From the NCBI GenBank assembly GCA_013239625.1, contig MU053594.1, positions 1,678,127-1,742,126 of the forward strand: DNA of 64,000 bases. Direction: 5' to 3'. Of this stretch, positions 12,201-23,880 are shown one piece after another. How positions within the stretch are numbered: the first letter of the stretch is position 1; the number at the start of each line of letters is the position of its first letter. The position numbers and the translations under genes were made by a program. The DNA is from Lama guanicoe. Taxonomy: Eukaryota. Below the pieces are notes generated by a model that worked only from the letters and a program-made list of their open reading frames with translations, had not been told where the DNA came from and did no database searches.

Positions 12201-13624
12201 ACAGAACAAAGGACAGAGGCAGGAGCATGCCTGTGGGAGAGCTGACAGGATTGATGACTATCTGCATGACACGTCCCTTGTCACCATCCACCTCACCATC
12301 GTGCACACATCCAGGACAGATGCCAGGTTCTGGCTGAGCAAGTCAGGGCCCCGGGGATCTGGCTCAGATACCTTGATTGGCAAACACAAACAAGCAGAAC
12401 AGAGAAATGTTTCATACTAACGACAACAATCGAGATTTATCTGACACCCACCCAGATTCAAGTCTTTACACACTTCTCTTTACTCTTCCCAGGAAACTTT
12501 CAAGATAACGTATCCTGATCTCCATACACTGAGGGATAATGTCGTTATCCTCAGACCTAGAACCAACCCTTGTGCAAAGTGCACACTCAGTAAATATTTG
12601 TGGAGTGAGTGATGAACAGTAAAGAAACCAAGGATCAGAGGGGAAGTGACCTGGCCTTAAATGTTAGAACTAGAATTCAGATCCAGGACTGTCTGATCCT
12701 ATTCTGCGACACAGTCAGTTTTCTTTGCTTTGTGAAGAAGACTTTCAAGGAGTTTTGGGTGGCTGAGAGGGCCCTAAAGACTACCACCTGAGCACTGAGA
12801 GATTTGTTCAGAAAGGATCTTCTAAGGGAGGAAATGGACAAACTGAAATATTCTCTTGAAATCCCCTACCCATTACACCTTAGAATGCTGAAGTAACCAG
12901 TGGAATTAACAAGTGTCAGCGGGGTCCCCGTGAGCGCATACTAAGCTAGGTCATCAGACTAGAGGGTTCAGGGAACCCTGAGTGGTTATTTGACCCGTAC
13001 TTAGATTAGTGCCTTTGGGGCTCAGAGGCCCTGCCTCCTTCTTCCCTCAGCCTCAACAACAGAGACCAAGAACATCAGCATTTCTGGGACCAAAAAAAAA
13101 CCAAAAACACTTGCCTTGGCTTTGACTTGGCAGTAATGGTCCCTTATTTCATGAAGCACTTCCCAGGGGAGCCCACTTGACCCTTTCACAGGCATCGACC
13201 CCTTCTCTCCCCACACTCCACTCCCCCTGAGAGAAGGGCAGAGCTCTCATCTTGAGCAGGGCTCAAGAGGTTAAAAGCCAGCCAGGATCTCATCCCTGCT
13301 ATGCAGCAAAGCAGAGTATAGGTCTTCTGTTGTCCAACTTCTCCACCTTTTTCTGGAGAAAACTTGGAAAACAGACACACACAAAAACAGCTAGGGGGGA
13401 AATAAAAATCATTTATCATCCCACTCACAAGAAATCACCATAGTTAATATCTAGATGTATTTATTCCCTTCCAGATTTTTTGCAACTTCTTTTATAAGAA
13501 TGGGACCTTACTATACGTACATATATTTGTAACTTTTTTTTTCACACTTCATTTTGATTTCATGACCCTCATCTCTTGTCTTACGGCACAGATGGTTCAT
13601 TGTTTCCTTATCATTTCCTACCAG

Positions 13625-13823
13625 TAATAGTGCCTGTGACTGACAACACTGAAGCTGTGATCATCCGAGCAATGTACAACATGCACCCAGTAGGCTTCTG
13701 GAAAGATGTAGACAAGAATTGTACAAACAGTGTCATGTACGAACTGAAGAACCCACGCATGAAATGGTTCAAGACAAGATGGGTATCTCCTGGGGACATG
13801 GACCTATCCTCAGTCCAGCTACA
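13625..13823 (+). CDS. PLET1: PLET1 copy B exon 2
   Basis: ccag acceptor; VPVTDNTEAVIIRA...GFWKDVDKNC...RWVSP resembles PLET1; donor CA|gtaaga. Confidence 0.92.
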
Positions 13824-14066
13824 GTAAGAACCTGTCCATGTATCATTCGCTTTGGGCTTTTGCAATTTCATATTGGGTTTCTGCAGTTTTATACTGACCT
13901 TGGAGGACTCATAATACAACCCCGATGTGACGTGGAGGATTCAGTAGCTGCACTCCTTTTCCACCTCCCCATTCTTTGACTACTTTTATCTATAGGAGTT
14001 TCTACACTATACATGTGCACACACGCACACATACCACGTATGCTCTGCACCAAGAGAAAGAACTGG

Positions 14067-14547
14067 TGTTAAATAAAACCAGAACCAGACAGTTGCTAAA
14101 GCAAGATGAGTGAATGAACCAATGAATGAATGAATAAAAACAGATTTTATTCAGGACTATTGCAATTAAGACAAGAGACCTCAGTATAGAACAAGTCTCA
14201 ATGCTGAATGCAACATGGGTAAGTGGGGATTTACAGCCAGGGAACAGGGTAGGAGTGTCAATGGATAGGAAAACACTAAAAGGAAACATCAAACCCTGTA
14301 AGGGGGACTCTCGCCAAACTGACCTAACAGGATTCTTGCTGAAGACAGGCCAGGGTGATCCCAAAGTAGACGATGAGAAACTCAATCAGATAATAAAAGT
14401 GATCAGCTATCGAGGGTGGGAGGTTCGTGTTATACTGACTTAACAGGATTCTGGCTAAAACTGGATTTTCCAAGGAAGTACACAGATGGGCCTAGGAGAA
14501 CGTTCCAGACTCCAACTAAACTTTGGTCAAGCAGAGAATCCTTGTCA
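14067..14547 (-). mobile_element. Solo ERV1-class LTR (MER31-like)
   Basis: TG...CA termini; 4-bp target-site duplication CTGG on both sides; minus strand begins TGACAAGGATTCTCTGCTTGACCAAAG. Confidence 0.8.
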
Positions 14548-14825
14548 CTGGCACCCTGTTTGTTTCAAATTCTCTTTACCCCTTCCCACCCCAACCCAAC
14601 TCACTCCTGCTAGTCTGGGGCAGACAGTACTCCAGAGCCAGGCAGGGCAAACAGCAGTGACAAACAATTAAAAATAAAAACACTCTGGTACTGAAGACAC
14701 CTGGCCACCTTGGAGCTCCCCTCTCTGCCTTCTCCACTGCAGTCCTCCAGGAGCCCTTGCTAAGCTAGGGTGCAGAGAAACTGCCTGTGGCCAAGAACCT
14801 GGGGGAGGGGTGCTCTTGGTCCCCA

Positions 14826-15560
14826 TGTTTACCAAGTCAAACTTGAATCCGCTTGCCCACTGAGCAGCAGACTCAATTTACTGACACCAGGTTGTGGTGA
14901 AGGAAAGTACAGCATTTATTGCAGGCACCAAGCAAGCAGAATGGGCAGCTCATGCTCAAAAGACATGAGCTCCCATCAGCTTTCTGGGCAGCTCTTATAA
15001 AGGCTACATTTGTGGTGAGGATGCAGGGGCCATGACTTTCTTCTGATTGGTTGGTGATGTTGTAACAGGATGATGTTTCACAAATTGTAAACATCAGTCT
15101 TCCGATCCCACCCAGTCCGGGGTCTGTGTGCTTATGCTCAGCATGTAGTCACTGTCCTCCACCTGGGTCTTACTTCCTGCAAAACAACTCAAAGATCTGT
15201 GTCACATTATTATCGATAACCCTCGAGGAGGAACCAGAGCTCTGTTTTATCATGGAACTATTGTTTCTTGACTACTTTGCCTTTGTTTCTGCACTCCTTC
15301 ATTTCCCTCATTAGTAACTGCTTGAGTCTGCTCTTTGGAACTCAGGGTAAGCTTAGGAGACTAACGCTTTTCTCTACAAACAAGAAATGGGGAGACACAG
15401 AGGGGCTTTTGTACCAGGGAGGGCCCCACAGGGTCCTGCTTGGATTCAGTTTCCCCTTTTCTTTGATGCTCCTCAATCCTGAGGGGAACAGGGGATAAGA
15501 AAGAGGATAACGTTCTAAGCAGAGAGTTTAATCATAAACTCGGCAGAGGAATTCACTTTT
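14826..15560 (-). mobile_element. ERV1-class 3' LTR (14826-15448) with adjoining polypurine tract and internal remnant
   Basis: Minus strand reads AGAAAAGGGGAAAC then TGAATCC..., ends in CA at 14826, and has an AATAAA near 14915. Confidence 0.7.
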
Positions 15561-17290
15561 AGGGGGACCTGGTTTCACCACCACATGAAGAATCATGTTT
15601 TTCAAACACATGCATTTTGGAAGTGGCTTGCTGGCAGAACGTGTGGTGATTGTGTAATAAAACTGGCTTCCTAGTGTTACACAAAATGGACACATTCAGA
15701 TTCCGCGCTGAGGCCACCTGAGGGCTCATGTTACATGCTAACAACAACAACAACAAACTTCCCTCCCAGCTAGGGATTTGTTATCAAATTCACTTTAGGA
15801 AGCAAAGGTTGAGAGATCCTTACACTTTGACTGCCGTTTTGTTCTGAAAGGGCAGGTCTCACCATCGGAGCCGTGTCCATTACGAGCAGCCACCAGGGGT
15901 CGAGGGACATTGGAGATAATGATGCAGTCAAGCCTCCCCACCCTCTGCTGCCACGCCCTGCGCCTGGTGGAACCTAGCTGGCTCTGAAGGAGGAACTGTT
16001 ATGCCCACAGACAGACGTGCAAGAGTGGAATCCAAAGGAAGCTGCTACAGTCCAGCCTCACAATGACAGCAGGCTCTTACTAGCCAGTCAGGACTCATGA
16101 GGGCAGTGACTTTCCTTTCATCTCACCTCCTTAAGGCCTCCACACTCCACGCAACAACAGATAAAAGACCACAGAGTGACAATCTGCAATGGAAACACAT
16201 TCCCACTGACAGGGCAGTCTCCAGACCCCCCCTCACTCTCACCACGATGATGCACTGGCTCCTCTGCTTCTTTACCGTGCACAACAAGGCTGACACCTGG
16301 AGGGGAGCAGCATACAGGATGGGAGAGCCCCTTCTGTGGGGTAGGGCACAAAAGGGCATATGAAGAGGTTCCTGCCCACAGAGCTTCACAGTGAGGTGTA
16401 GGGAGGCAAGGCCCATGGAGAAGTAAATACTCAGGTTAGACAGCACCTCCTCAGAAAGAATCCTCTAAACTCCCAGATCAACTCCCGGCTTCCTGTTTGC
16501 TCTCTCTCATAACTTCCACTGCTTCATCAGAGCGCGTATCACAATGGTGATCAGTTACTTAACTTGTTGGTCGATTATTTGTTTAAAATCTCCCTCTCTA
16601 AAGGGACTTTAAGGGCCATCAAGGAAAGAAGCATGCCAGTGTTCACCAGCGTCCCCTTAGCACCAAGCACAGTGACTGGCATGTCGTCCACTCACGAACT
16701 GTTAAATGAACAAGAGACTGAACGGGCCCACTGACAGAAGAGCAACACACCAAGCTGCACCGCTCGTTTAATGGCCATTAAGTACCTGTGACACTACGTG
16801 TCAGGCATTGTGGACAACAGAACCTGCCCTCAAGGAGCTGGTCCTCCAGTGCGAGGAGAGGCTGATGGCAAAGCAATGCAGCACAGGGGCATGTCTGTCT
16901 GATGGAGATCTATCTGGGTTCATGATGATAGGGAGAAATGACTTCCCAGAGGTTACTGATGAGTCTGTAGGCAGATGTTCCCTGGGCCGGATTATTACGA
17001 TCAGAAAGACTAACCCGAAGGAAGACCAGAGGTGTATACCAGCCTGTGGGGAGTTCAGGGTGCTGGCGTGGGTGGGGGTGGGGGATGGACATGGCCTTGT
17101 CTGGAGCAAGATCATGAAGGATCTTGGTCAAGACAATATAGAGCAGACCAGGACTTATGATCTGCTAATTGTGCTGTAGAGAATGTAGGCACAACAGCAA
17201 TTAAGGGCTGGGGTCTGCTGGCAAGGCAGCAACTGTGAAATGAACTTGTGAATTCCTCACCATTACCTCTCATTTATTTGCCCTCCACAG

Positions 17291-17352
17291 AACCTTCACT
17301 GTCGATTCGCAAAAAGTGGCTGCATTTTCTACCCAGGATCTGATGAGAAGAG
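17291..17352 (+). CDS. PLET1: PLET1 copy B exon 3 (QTFTVDSQKVAAFSTQDLMRR)
   Basis: ccctccacag acceptor; G|gtaagt donor; 62 nt keeps the frame; resembles the PLET1 QAFTV segment. Confidence 0.9.
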
Positions 17353-18123
17353 GTAAGTTCCTCTGCAGCCTATTTCCGTATCTGGCAGTGAAATCAATCA
17401 GCCTGGAAAATTATTTTGTGGGTGTCCTAGCAAAACAGAGTCTTCTAGTCATGTGTTACCCAGATACCAGCTGAGGCTCCTAGCACCTTGAGATTGGCAT
17501 AAGATTAGCTCGGCCCCTTATCCTGTGCCCTGTGCAAAACAAAAGCCATCCCCCTCCCCACCCCAACATTTCTGCCAATTCTGAGGGGACTCTGAGTCTC
17601 TCAGTCACCTTGACTCCGGACTCTGGCTCAGGACCCGTTTCCAGTCAACACCACACAGACGTGGCTATGAGAGTCGGCTGCTCCCTCAGTTTCCACAAAG
17701 AATTCCCACTCACACAAAGCCTTCATCGGTGGAGCAGGTGTTACCGAAGGGCTTATGCGATGAGAAGGGAGATTCGCACAAAGAAGGGCTGATAGCACAG
17801 AAAACCAATCATTTCACTAGTTCTCGGAGTAGCCTCTGGCCTCCAGCACCACCACCAGGAAATCCCACTGGCCTTTCCCAGGCTGCAGTCCCCAACTTCA
17901 AGCCATCCTGAGGCTCCTTGTCCCTTGTCTCCCTTCTCTGCCCCTTTGCTTCTCTCTTGTCTCTTTCTGGGGAGCTAAAACAAATTCAAGGAACTGAGGT
18001 TCAGAAAAGACTGGTAACTTGCTTAAGACCACACAGAAAGTAAATGGCAAAGCTAGGACTCAAATTCCACATCTTATACTTTTTTCCACTTTTCTTTGAC
18101 TAACATGAAAACTATAAAGACAG

Positions 18124-18125
<2 letters not shown>

Positions 18126-18166
<41 letters not shown>

Positions 18167-18188
18167 TGTGTGTGTGTGTGTGTGTGTG
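18126..18188. repeat. (GT)n microsatellite in PLET1 intron 3
   Basis: Direct reading. Confidence 0.95.
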
Positions 18189-19455
18189 GTGTTTAAATAC
18201 AAGCTTTAACCAAGAGTAAGAAACATTAGTCTTTCTCCATGACCAGATAATAGATCTTCCTCACGAGCCCCCAAACTCTGAAGTACATCTAGTGTGCTGC
18301 TCAATTTCCTGTCAGTCAAGCATTGCAAATGTGGTCAAAGGCTTATCGATTTTCAACAACAAATGTGAAAGTGATTATGCCTAATGAAACTATTATGTGA
18401 ACGCCTTAAGTGTTTCCTTGGTGGTTTCCCCTCTGTGAAAAGACAGACATTATTTTCTTTCTCCAGGACATTTTCAAAAGGAACACTGGTATAAATGGTA
18501 GGAAAGAAAAAAACAAAGTTTGTTTCTGGTCAGAACTCCTTAGCTCCATGCTAATAAAATCCAGATTTAAAAAGAGGAGACAGAGAAAAAGAAAGTGGCT
18601 GTGTTCAGACTTTTGGCTCAGGGGTGGCCTAGAGGAACACCTGCCCTGGGGAAATGTTCCACGAGATAAGATCCTGCCACAGAGCTAGAAGGCGCCCTGC
18701 AGGGGGACAGGGTGCACAGGCTGGAGCAAATCACTGCACATTTCCTGCCTTCTTCCTTATAGTCCCCTCTGTGGTTCACTCAGACCCTTGGAGGTGTCAT
18801 GGCCAAGCTCTAGTTTTCCAAGATCAGACAGCCCCCCAGGTTTGGCTTTCTCTGCTTCTCCGCCAGGCAACCTCAAAACGCTAACATGTGGTCAGATCCC
18901 TGTCTGTGAAAATGACCAGTCTCTCAGACACCACAAAAAAGAGATTCGCAGGTTGGACGGGGCCTCTTTCCCCTTCCTTTAAAGCAGAGGTGGCCGTCCT
19001 TGGGTCTGGATGCTGTCTATTTCTTACCACTTTTACATGCAACCTTTGAAATGAGCAGAGAAACCAAAGACCAAAAAAGAAAAAGCATTCAAGTGTACCA
19101 CTCTGGACCATGTTTGCACTGATTGATCCAATGTAATACTAAGAACATGAGGACATCTGAGGGCAGACTACCTACCTAACAACAAACTCAGTAGTCATGT
19201 AAATTCAGTGTAAGTTCCTTCTCCTGTAGGGCTGTGCAGAGCTTAAGGGTAGATTGTTTCTTATTTTTGGTTCCTTGACATCCTGTGCCCTCCTAGTTTC
19301 CCCGTCCTCTACACACTCTGAGCCCTTGAGAAGTGCTTACTGAGTTTTGCTCATGAACTCTGGCTCCAGCATCCTATCCGATTAGTCTCCTCTCTCCAGT
19401 GTGCACCTGCCACCCAAAAGAGGTTCTGATGACATTGTTTTTTCTTTTTCCCTAG

Positions 19456-20096
19456 TGGAAACTACATCCATGACCACGACCTCCACAACCAAGCCAGTCG
19501 CAACCCCAGCTCCAAAACCAGCCGAACCCTGCAAACCAGAAGCCGCAACCCGCAATCCGGCAGCCACTGTTCCCATGCCGGCAGAACCAATCCCCATACC
19601 ACCAGTGACATCCTCCATACGGGCATTCCTAATCCCACCCAGAAACCGCAAACCGGCAGCCACACCCCGCAAACCAGCATCCACACCCCGCAGACCCGCA
19701 GCCGCACCCCGGAAACTGGCAGCCACACCCCGCAAACCGGCAGCAACACCCCGCAAACCATCACCCACACCCCGCAAACCATCACCCACACCCCACAAAC
19801 TGGCAGCCACACCCCGCAAACCGGCAGCCACAATCCCACAACCAACAACCACACCTCGTACCACAGCCACAACCCACACCACATTCAAAGACCGTAGCAC
19901 ACCCAGAACTCACACCAGAGCCACTCCCCCTACCACATCCACAAAGCGTACCAAACCCTCACCCCGTACCACAGCCCGAACCTCAGCCCCAGCCCAAACC
20001 ACAGCCAATAGTTTGGCCAACACAGCCTTCCGCGGCCCCATCAGATACGCCATCCAGCTCCTGCTCGTCTTCCTCACCAGCAAACTCCTCTTCTAG
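19456..20096 (+). CDS. PLET1: PLET1 copy B exon 4 (cationic Thr/Pro-rich stalk plus GPI signal)
   Basis: cctag acceptor; open frame to TAG; C-terminal signal identical to copy A. Confidence 0.92.
19662..19829 (+). repeat. Coding 21-bp minisatellite, 8 units of the TPRKPAA-type heptad
   Basis: Unit acaccccgcaaaccggcagcc repeated with few changes; decayed units on both sides. Confidence 0.9.
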
Positions 20097-20629
20097 AAAG
20101 GACGCTACGGGAACACTTGCTTCTGCTGCCACTGCATCCTTCTATGTTCAGTTCCAAGCCAGGACTCTGACACACGTGAACAAAGCTTTACGTTCTCAGA
20201 CGTCCACCTCCACTCCCGCTCCTTCAGACCAAAACGGAGACCTGAGGGTCACTCGGTGAGGGGAACAGTCCACTCAGTGGTGTTCAACTGTGTGTCTCAG
20301 GACACAAATTAGGCTTTTTGTAACTACTTAGACCTAGATTTTGGCTCCTGGCTTAACATGTTCACAGCCAGTTACACAGCCAGTCCAAACTTTTATTTAG
20401 ATGCAACACCAGTAGCATCTGAAGGGCAAGAAAATAAGAATGTACCAGGTCTTGAGTAGTCAAGGATAGGGAAAGATCATGCTATAAAGGCATTATTTTC
20501 TGTGTCATACCAACTAAACTATACCTCAAACAAGAATAATGAATGTGTTAAATTCAAATATGTCTTTAATGAGTGATCAATTTAAAATATAGAAAATGTC
20601 ATCTAATTTTATTCATTTATGGGAGCATT

Positions 20630-20635
20630 AATAAA
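20630..20635 (+). terminator. Polyadenylation signal, PLET1 copy B
   Basis: AATAAA paralogous to 2273-2278. Confidence 0.65.
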
Positions 20636-20919
20636 ATCAATGGAATGGTGAGAGTGTGTATGTTTTCGAAGCCAGATATAAGGGTAACATTTTCTCAATT
20701 TTAATTTTTCTCGACTGCAAACTGGTCAGTTTTCCCCTAGTGGTAATCTCCACTAAGAAACATGGGTAAAATATTTATAATATTCATAATATAACATAAA
20801 ACCAAAACAAAACATGGTATTTCCAGTAATAAGTAACAAAGTTTTCTTTTAATAGCTATGCTAAATTCCAAGATGCCAACTTCAGTGACTGAATGCCAAC
20901 TTCCACCTGGCCTTTCTCA

Positions 20920-21410
20920 GGGACAGTTTCTGTCAATTTCTTCTTTTTCCCTGTGACCATTTTTTCCTATTTTGTCCTTTTTTTTTTTGGTCAAAAACTG
21001 AACATTTTGAATATTGTAACGTGGTAACTGTGGAAATCAGATTCTCCCTTCTCATCAGGGTCCGCTGTTGTTGCTCGTTGAGGGCTGCAGTCACCCATTC
21101 GACTAGTAACTTTTCTAAATTAGTTTTGCAAAGACTGCATTCCTGAATGTGGCCACTGAAGTCTTTTCTGTTATCTCAGTGGTCAGCCAGTGACCTCACA
21201 GACTTCCGTAAATTTCATGTCAAAATTTAGCAGCCTCTTTCCTCATTAAGCCTGCCCCAAAGAAATGTAAGTGTTTTTTTTTATTATTATTATTAGATTC
21301 TAGAGTTCAGAACAAGTTGACCCTGACATTTTTTGCCAGCTTAATGGCTGCTTCAGTGGAGGGAACAATTTTTGGAGCTCCTTCCTCCACCATTTTCTGT
21401 GACATCACTT
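20920..21410 (-). mobile_element. Ancient L1 (L1MC-like) 5' fragment
   Basis: Degenerate antisense L1 5' text ending ccaccattttctgtgacatcac. Confidence 0.5.
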
Positions 21411-23444
21411 GGTAGCCACTATTAGTGTCTGCCAGGCACTAAACGAAGCACTTTATATGTGTCACCTCATTTAATTCTGACAACAACCCTATGATATTTA
21501 GCCACTTTACGGAAGAGGACACTCAGGCAGAGAGAGAGAAATAATTTGCCCAAAGTCACTCAGTGAGTAAGTAGTGAAGCTGGGTTTTGAAGAGTGGTCT
21601 CTACCACTTCAGGGCCTGCACTTTTAACCAGGACACCCTAGAGGCTCCCTGGGCAGCTCCTGCATCACCTGGGCTCCCCCAGAACAACTGGGTCATACGA
21701 CAAGGAGAAGGAATGGGGGGTGTCTCGCTGTCACAACAAGCAGGCTGCATGCTCCAGAAGTATTCCTGCAGGCCCCGCTCCCCTGCTGCCGTGTCCAAGA
21801 CCAACTGCTAGGAGTCCTGACCCAAAAAGCTAGAGCCAAGTTTCATATTTATCCTTCATGGCCCAACCTGGCCCCCCATCTCAGATTCAATGCAGAAGGT
21901 ATGACAAATATTGGAGCCTCAGCAAAGATGCTAACTGAAGCTGGAAAATTCTTAGACTAAACGAAATCTGAGGAGCTGAATTCAGACAAGCAGTACAGAG
22001 GCGTCTGAGCAAGAGCATGGGATTTGGGGGCAGGACACCTGTTAAATTCTAGTTCTATTAAGCAGAAAGATAATCTTAAACAAATCGTTTTACCTTCTGT
22101 TTCAGTTGGTATCTCCTGGATAAAAGGTTGGCTTCTGGTGGTATCTCATCCCTCTTCCAAGTCTCAATTTTGATTTTTCTGTCACACCCAGACCTAGTTC
22201 TAAGGATCTAGTCAGAGATGGTCAATCCCTTATGCCATGTTTGATTGACTGACAGAAGCTGCTGGGAACACTGTTGAGAAGGATTCTGAAGCAAAAATCC
22301 AGGCTCAAAAGTAACTCATATTCAACTAGTGACATGAACTATCTTCCTTGGGCACAGGAGGCAGGAACTGCAGCAGTGCCGGCTCCCGGGACTGTCATTC
22401 TTGTCACTTCTTACGTGAATCCTGTGGGAGGCAAGCACGATGGGTAGCAGAGGAAGAGAAGAGGGTTAAAGGAAAAGCTTGTCCTGATCCTCACATTTAT
22501 AATCCACCTCCTGATTCCCACTAGTGGGAAAGTGATACACCAAAAGGGAAAAAAACAAAGGCATCCAGGCAACAGCAAGGGAGCCACAGGCTGCAGCGCA
22601 TGCGCAGCCAGGAGAGATGAATACCAGTTTATTCCTCCCACGCTCACTTGCCCAACCTTGTTCTTCCACTTGTGTTTTCTGGTTTGTAGCTTCATGTTTT
22701 GTAAATTCAATGCATTCCCATTCTGTGATAGAAATAGCAATGATCTACCCATTTAAGGGAAGTGATAATTACATTCTGAGAAAGTAGGAAAGAAAATTGT
22801 TTTCCAAATCCCATTACCTCAAAGATCTTCACACACCAGAAAGTGCTCCAAACCCGATCAACAGTCCAACTGTAACACCAACCATTCAGAGCAAGGAAAA
22901 AATGCAGAACAGGCAGAAAATTTAGACAGTATCTTGTTTTCTACCAAACCCCCACATTATTTTTTAAAGTAAATATTGAAAATATTACTCTAAAAATTAT
23001 TATTATTTCATAGGAGAGGTATTTTTGGCAAATATCGTAAAGCATAAACTCTGAAGCCAGGCTGTGTGAGTTCAATTTCTTTAGATTTTACCCCTTATGA
23101 GTTGTGGGACCTGGTACAAGTTACTTAACTTCTGTGTGCCTTGCTTTCTTCATCTGTGAAATAGGGAGAAAAACAGTAGCTACCATTGGTTGTTGTGGAG
23201 ATTAAACCAGTTAATGTAAAGCACCCAGAGTAGCACCTGGCACAAAGGAAGGGCTGTATCATTATTTAATGCCTAAAACAGGCATCACAAATGGTACACT
23301 GATGTACAAGAAAGCCAAGTATTACAACAATAAAACAGTGATCTAAACAATGCGTAAAGGGGTTAAATTATTCTGCATAATAAAGAGCTGAGTCGAGGGA
23401 AAGGGTGAGGAAGAAAAAACAAAAGCAAAGTGTGGGCTGAGTAT

Positions 23445-23880
23445 TGTAGAAGTTGAGATGGAAGCTTTCAAGCCTCTGTGGATTAGAAGGAGAGGCTAGC
23501 GGATTTCCTAGGCGCTGCTCTCAGTTATAAACTGGTCCTCTTAAGGTCCCTCAAGAGATACAAGTGAAAATCGGAATTATTTTACTTCTGATTGCTGGAC
23601 GGTATTTCTTCGAATGTGGCACAGCAGTGAAACCAGGACATGTGGACTGGCTGTGTACATGCGGATCTGTTTTTTGAAATCTTGGAGGAATATATCCCTG
23701 ACTTGTTTGATGTTCTTTGTTCTAGTAAGTTATAAAACTGCTAAAACAGGTTCTCCGTAGCAGTTCCTCAGAGTTAACTGAGAGGTTGTCTTCTGGACTA
23801 CAGTCCTCACCACAGTCTGACTCAAATAAAACTCTCCTCTATGTCTATTATAAATTATAAATTGATTACTTTCACTGACA
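23445..23880 (+). mobile_element. Degenerate LTR (MER34-like); 5' boundary uncertain
   Basis: 3' portion cctcagag...ctgagaggttgtc...cagtcctca...aataaaactc...tgaca is typical of this LTR group. Confidence 0.45.

Larger units (their letters stand above)
9064..20096 (+). other. PLET1: PLET1-like paralogue B gene span (4 coding exons, 1086 nt, 361 aa): signal peptide, PLET1 domain, mucin-like stalk, GPI signal
   Basis: Exons 9064-9247, 13625-13823, 17291-17352 and 19456-20096 join in frame (phases 1,2,1) with GT-AG introns; synteny with PTS and BCO2. Confidence 0.92.
18150..20889 (+). repeat. Tandem segmental duplication, copy B segment matching 1-2532
   Basis: Offset is 18149-18150 upstream of the exon and 18357 downstream (exon is 207 nt longer). 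Confidence 0.95.

Noticed and set aside
19662..19829. Regular short repeats as a CRISPR-like array or histone H1 gene
   Set aside because: Head-to-tail coding minisatellite without spacers, spliced in frame into PLET1; no H1 globular domain
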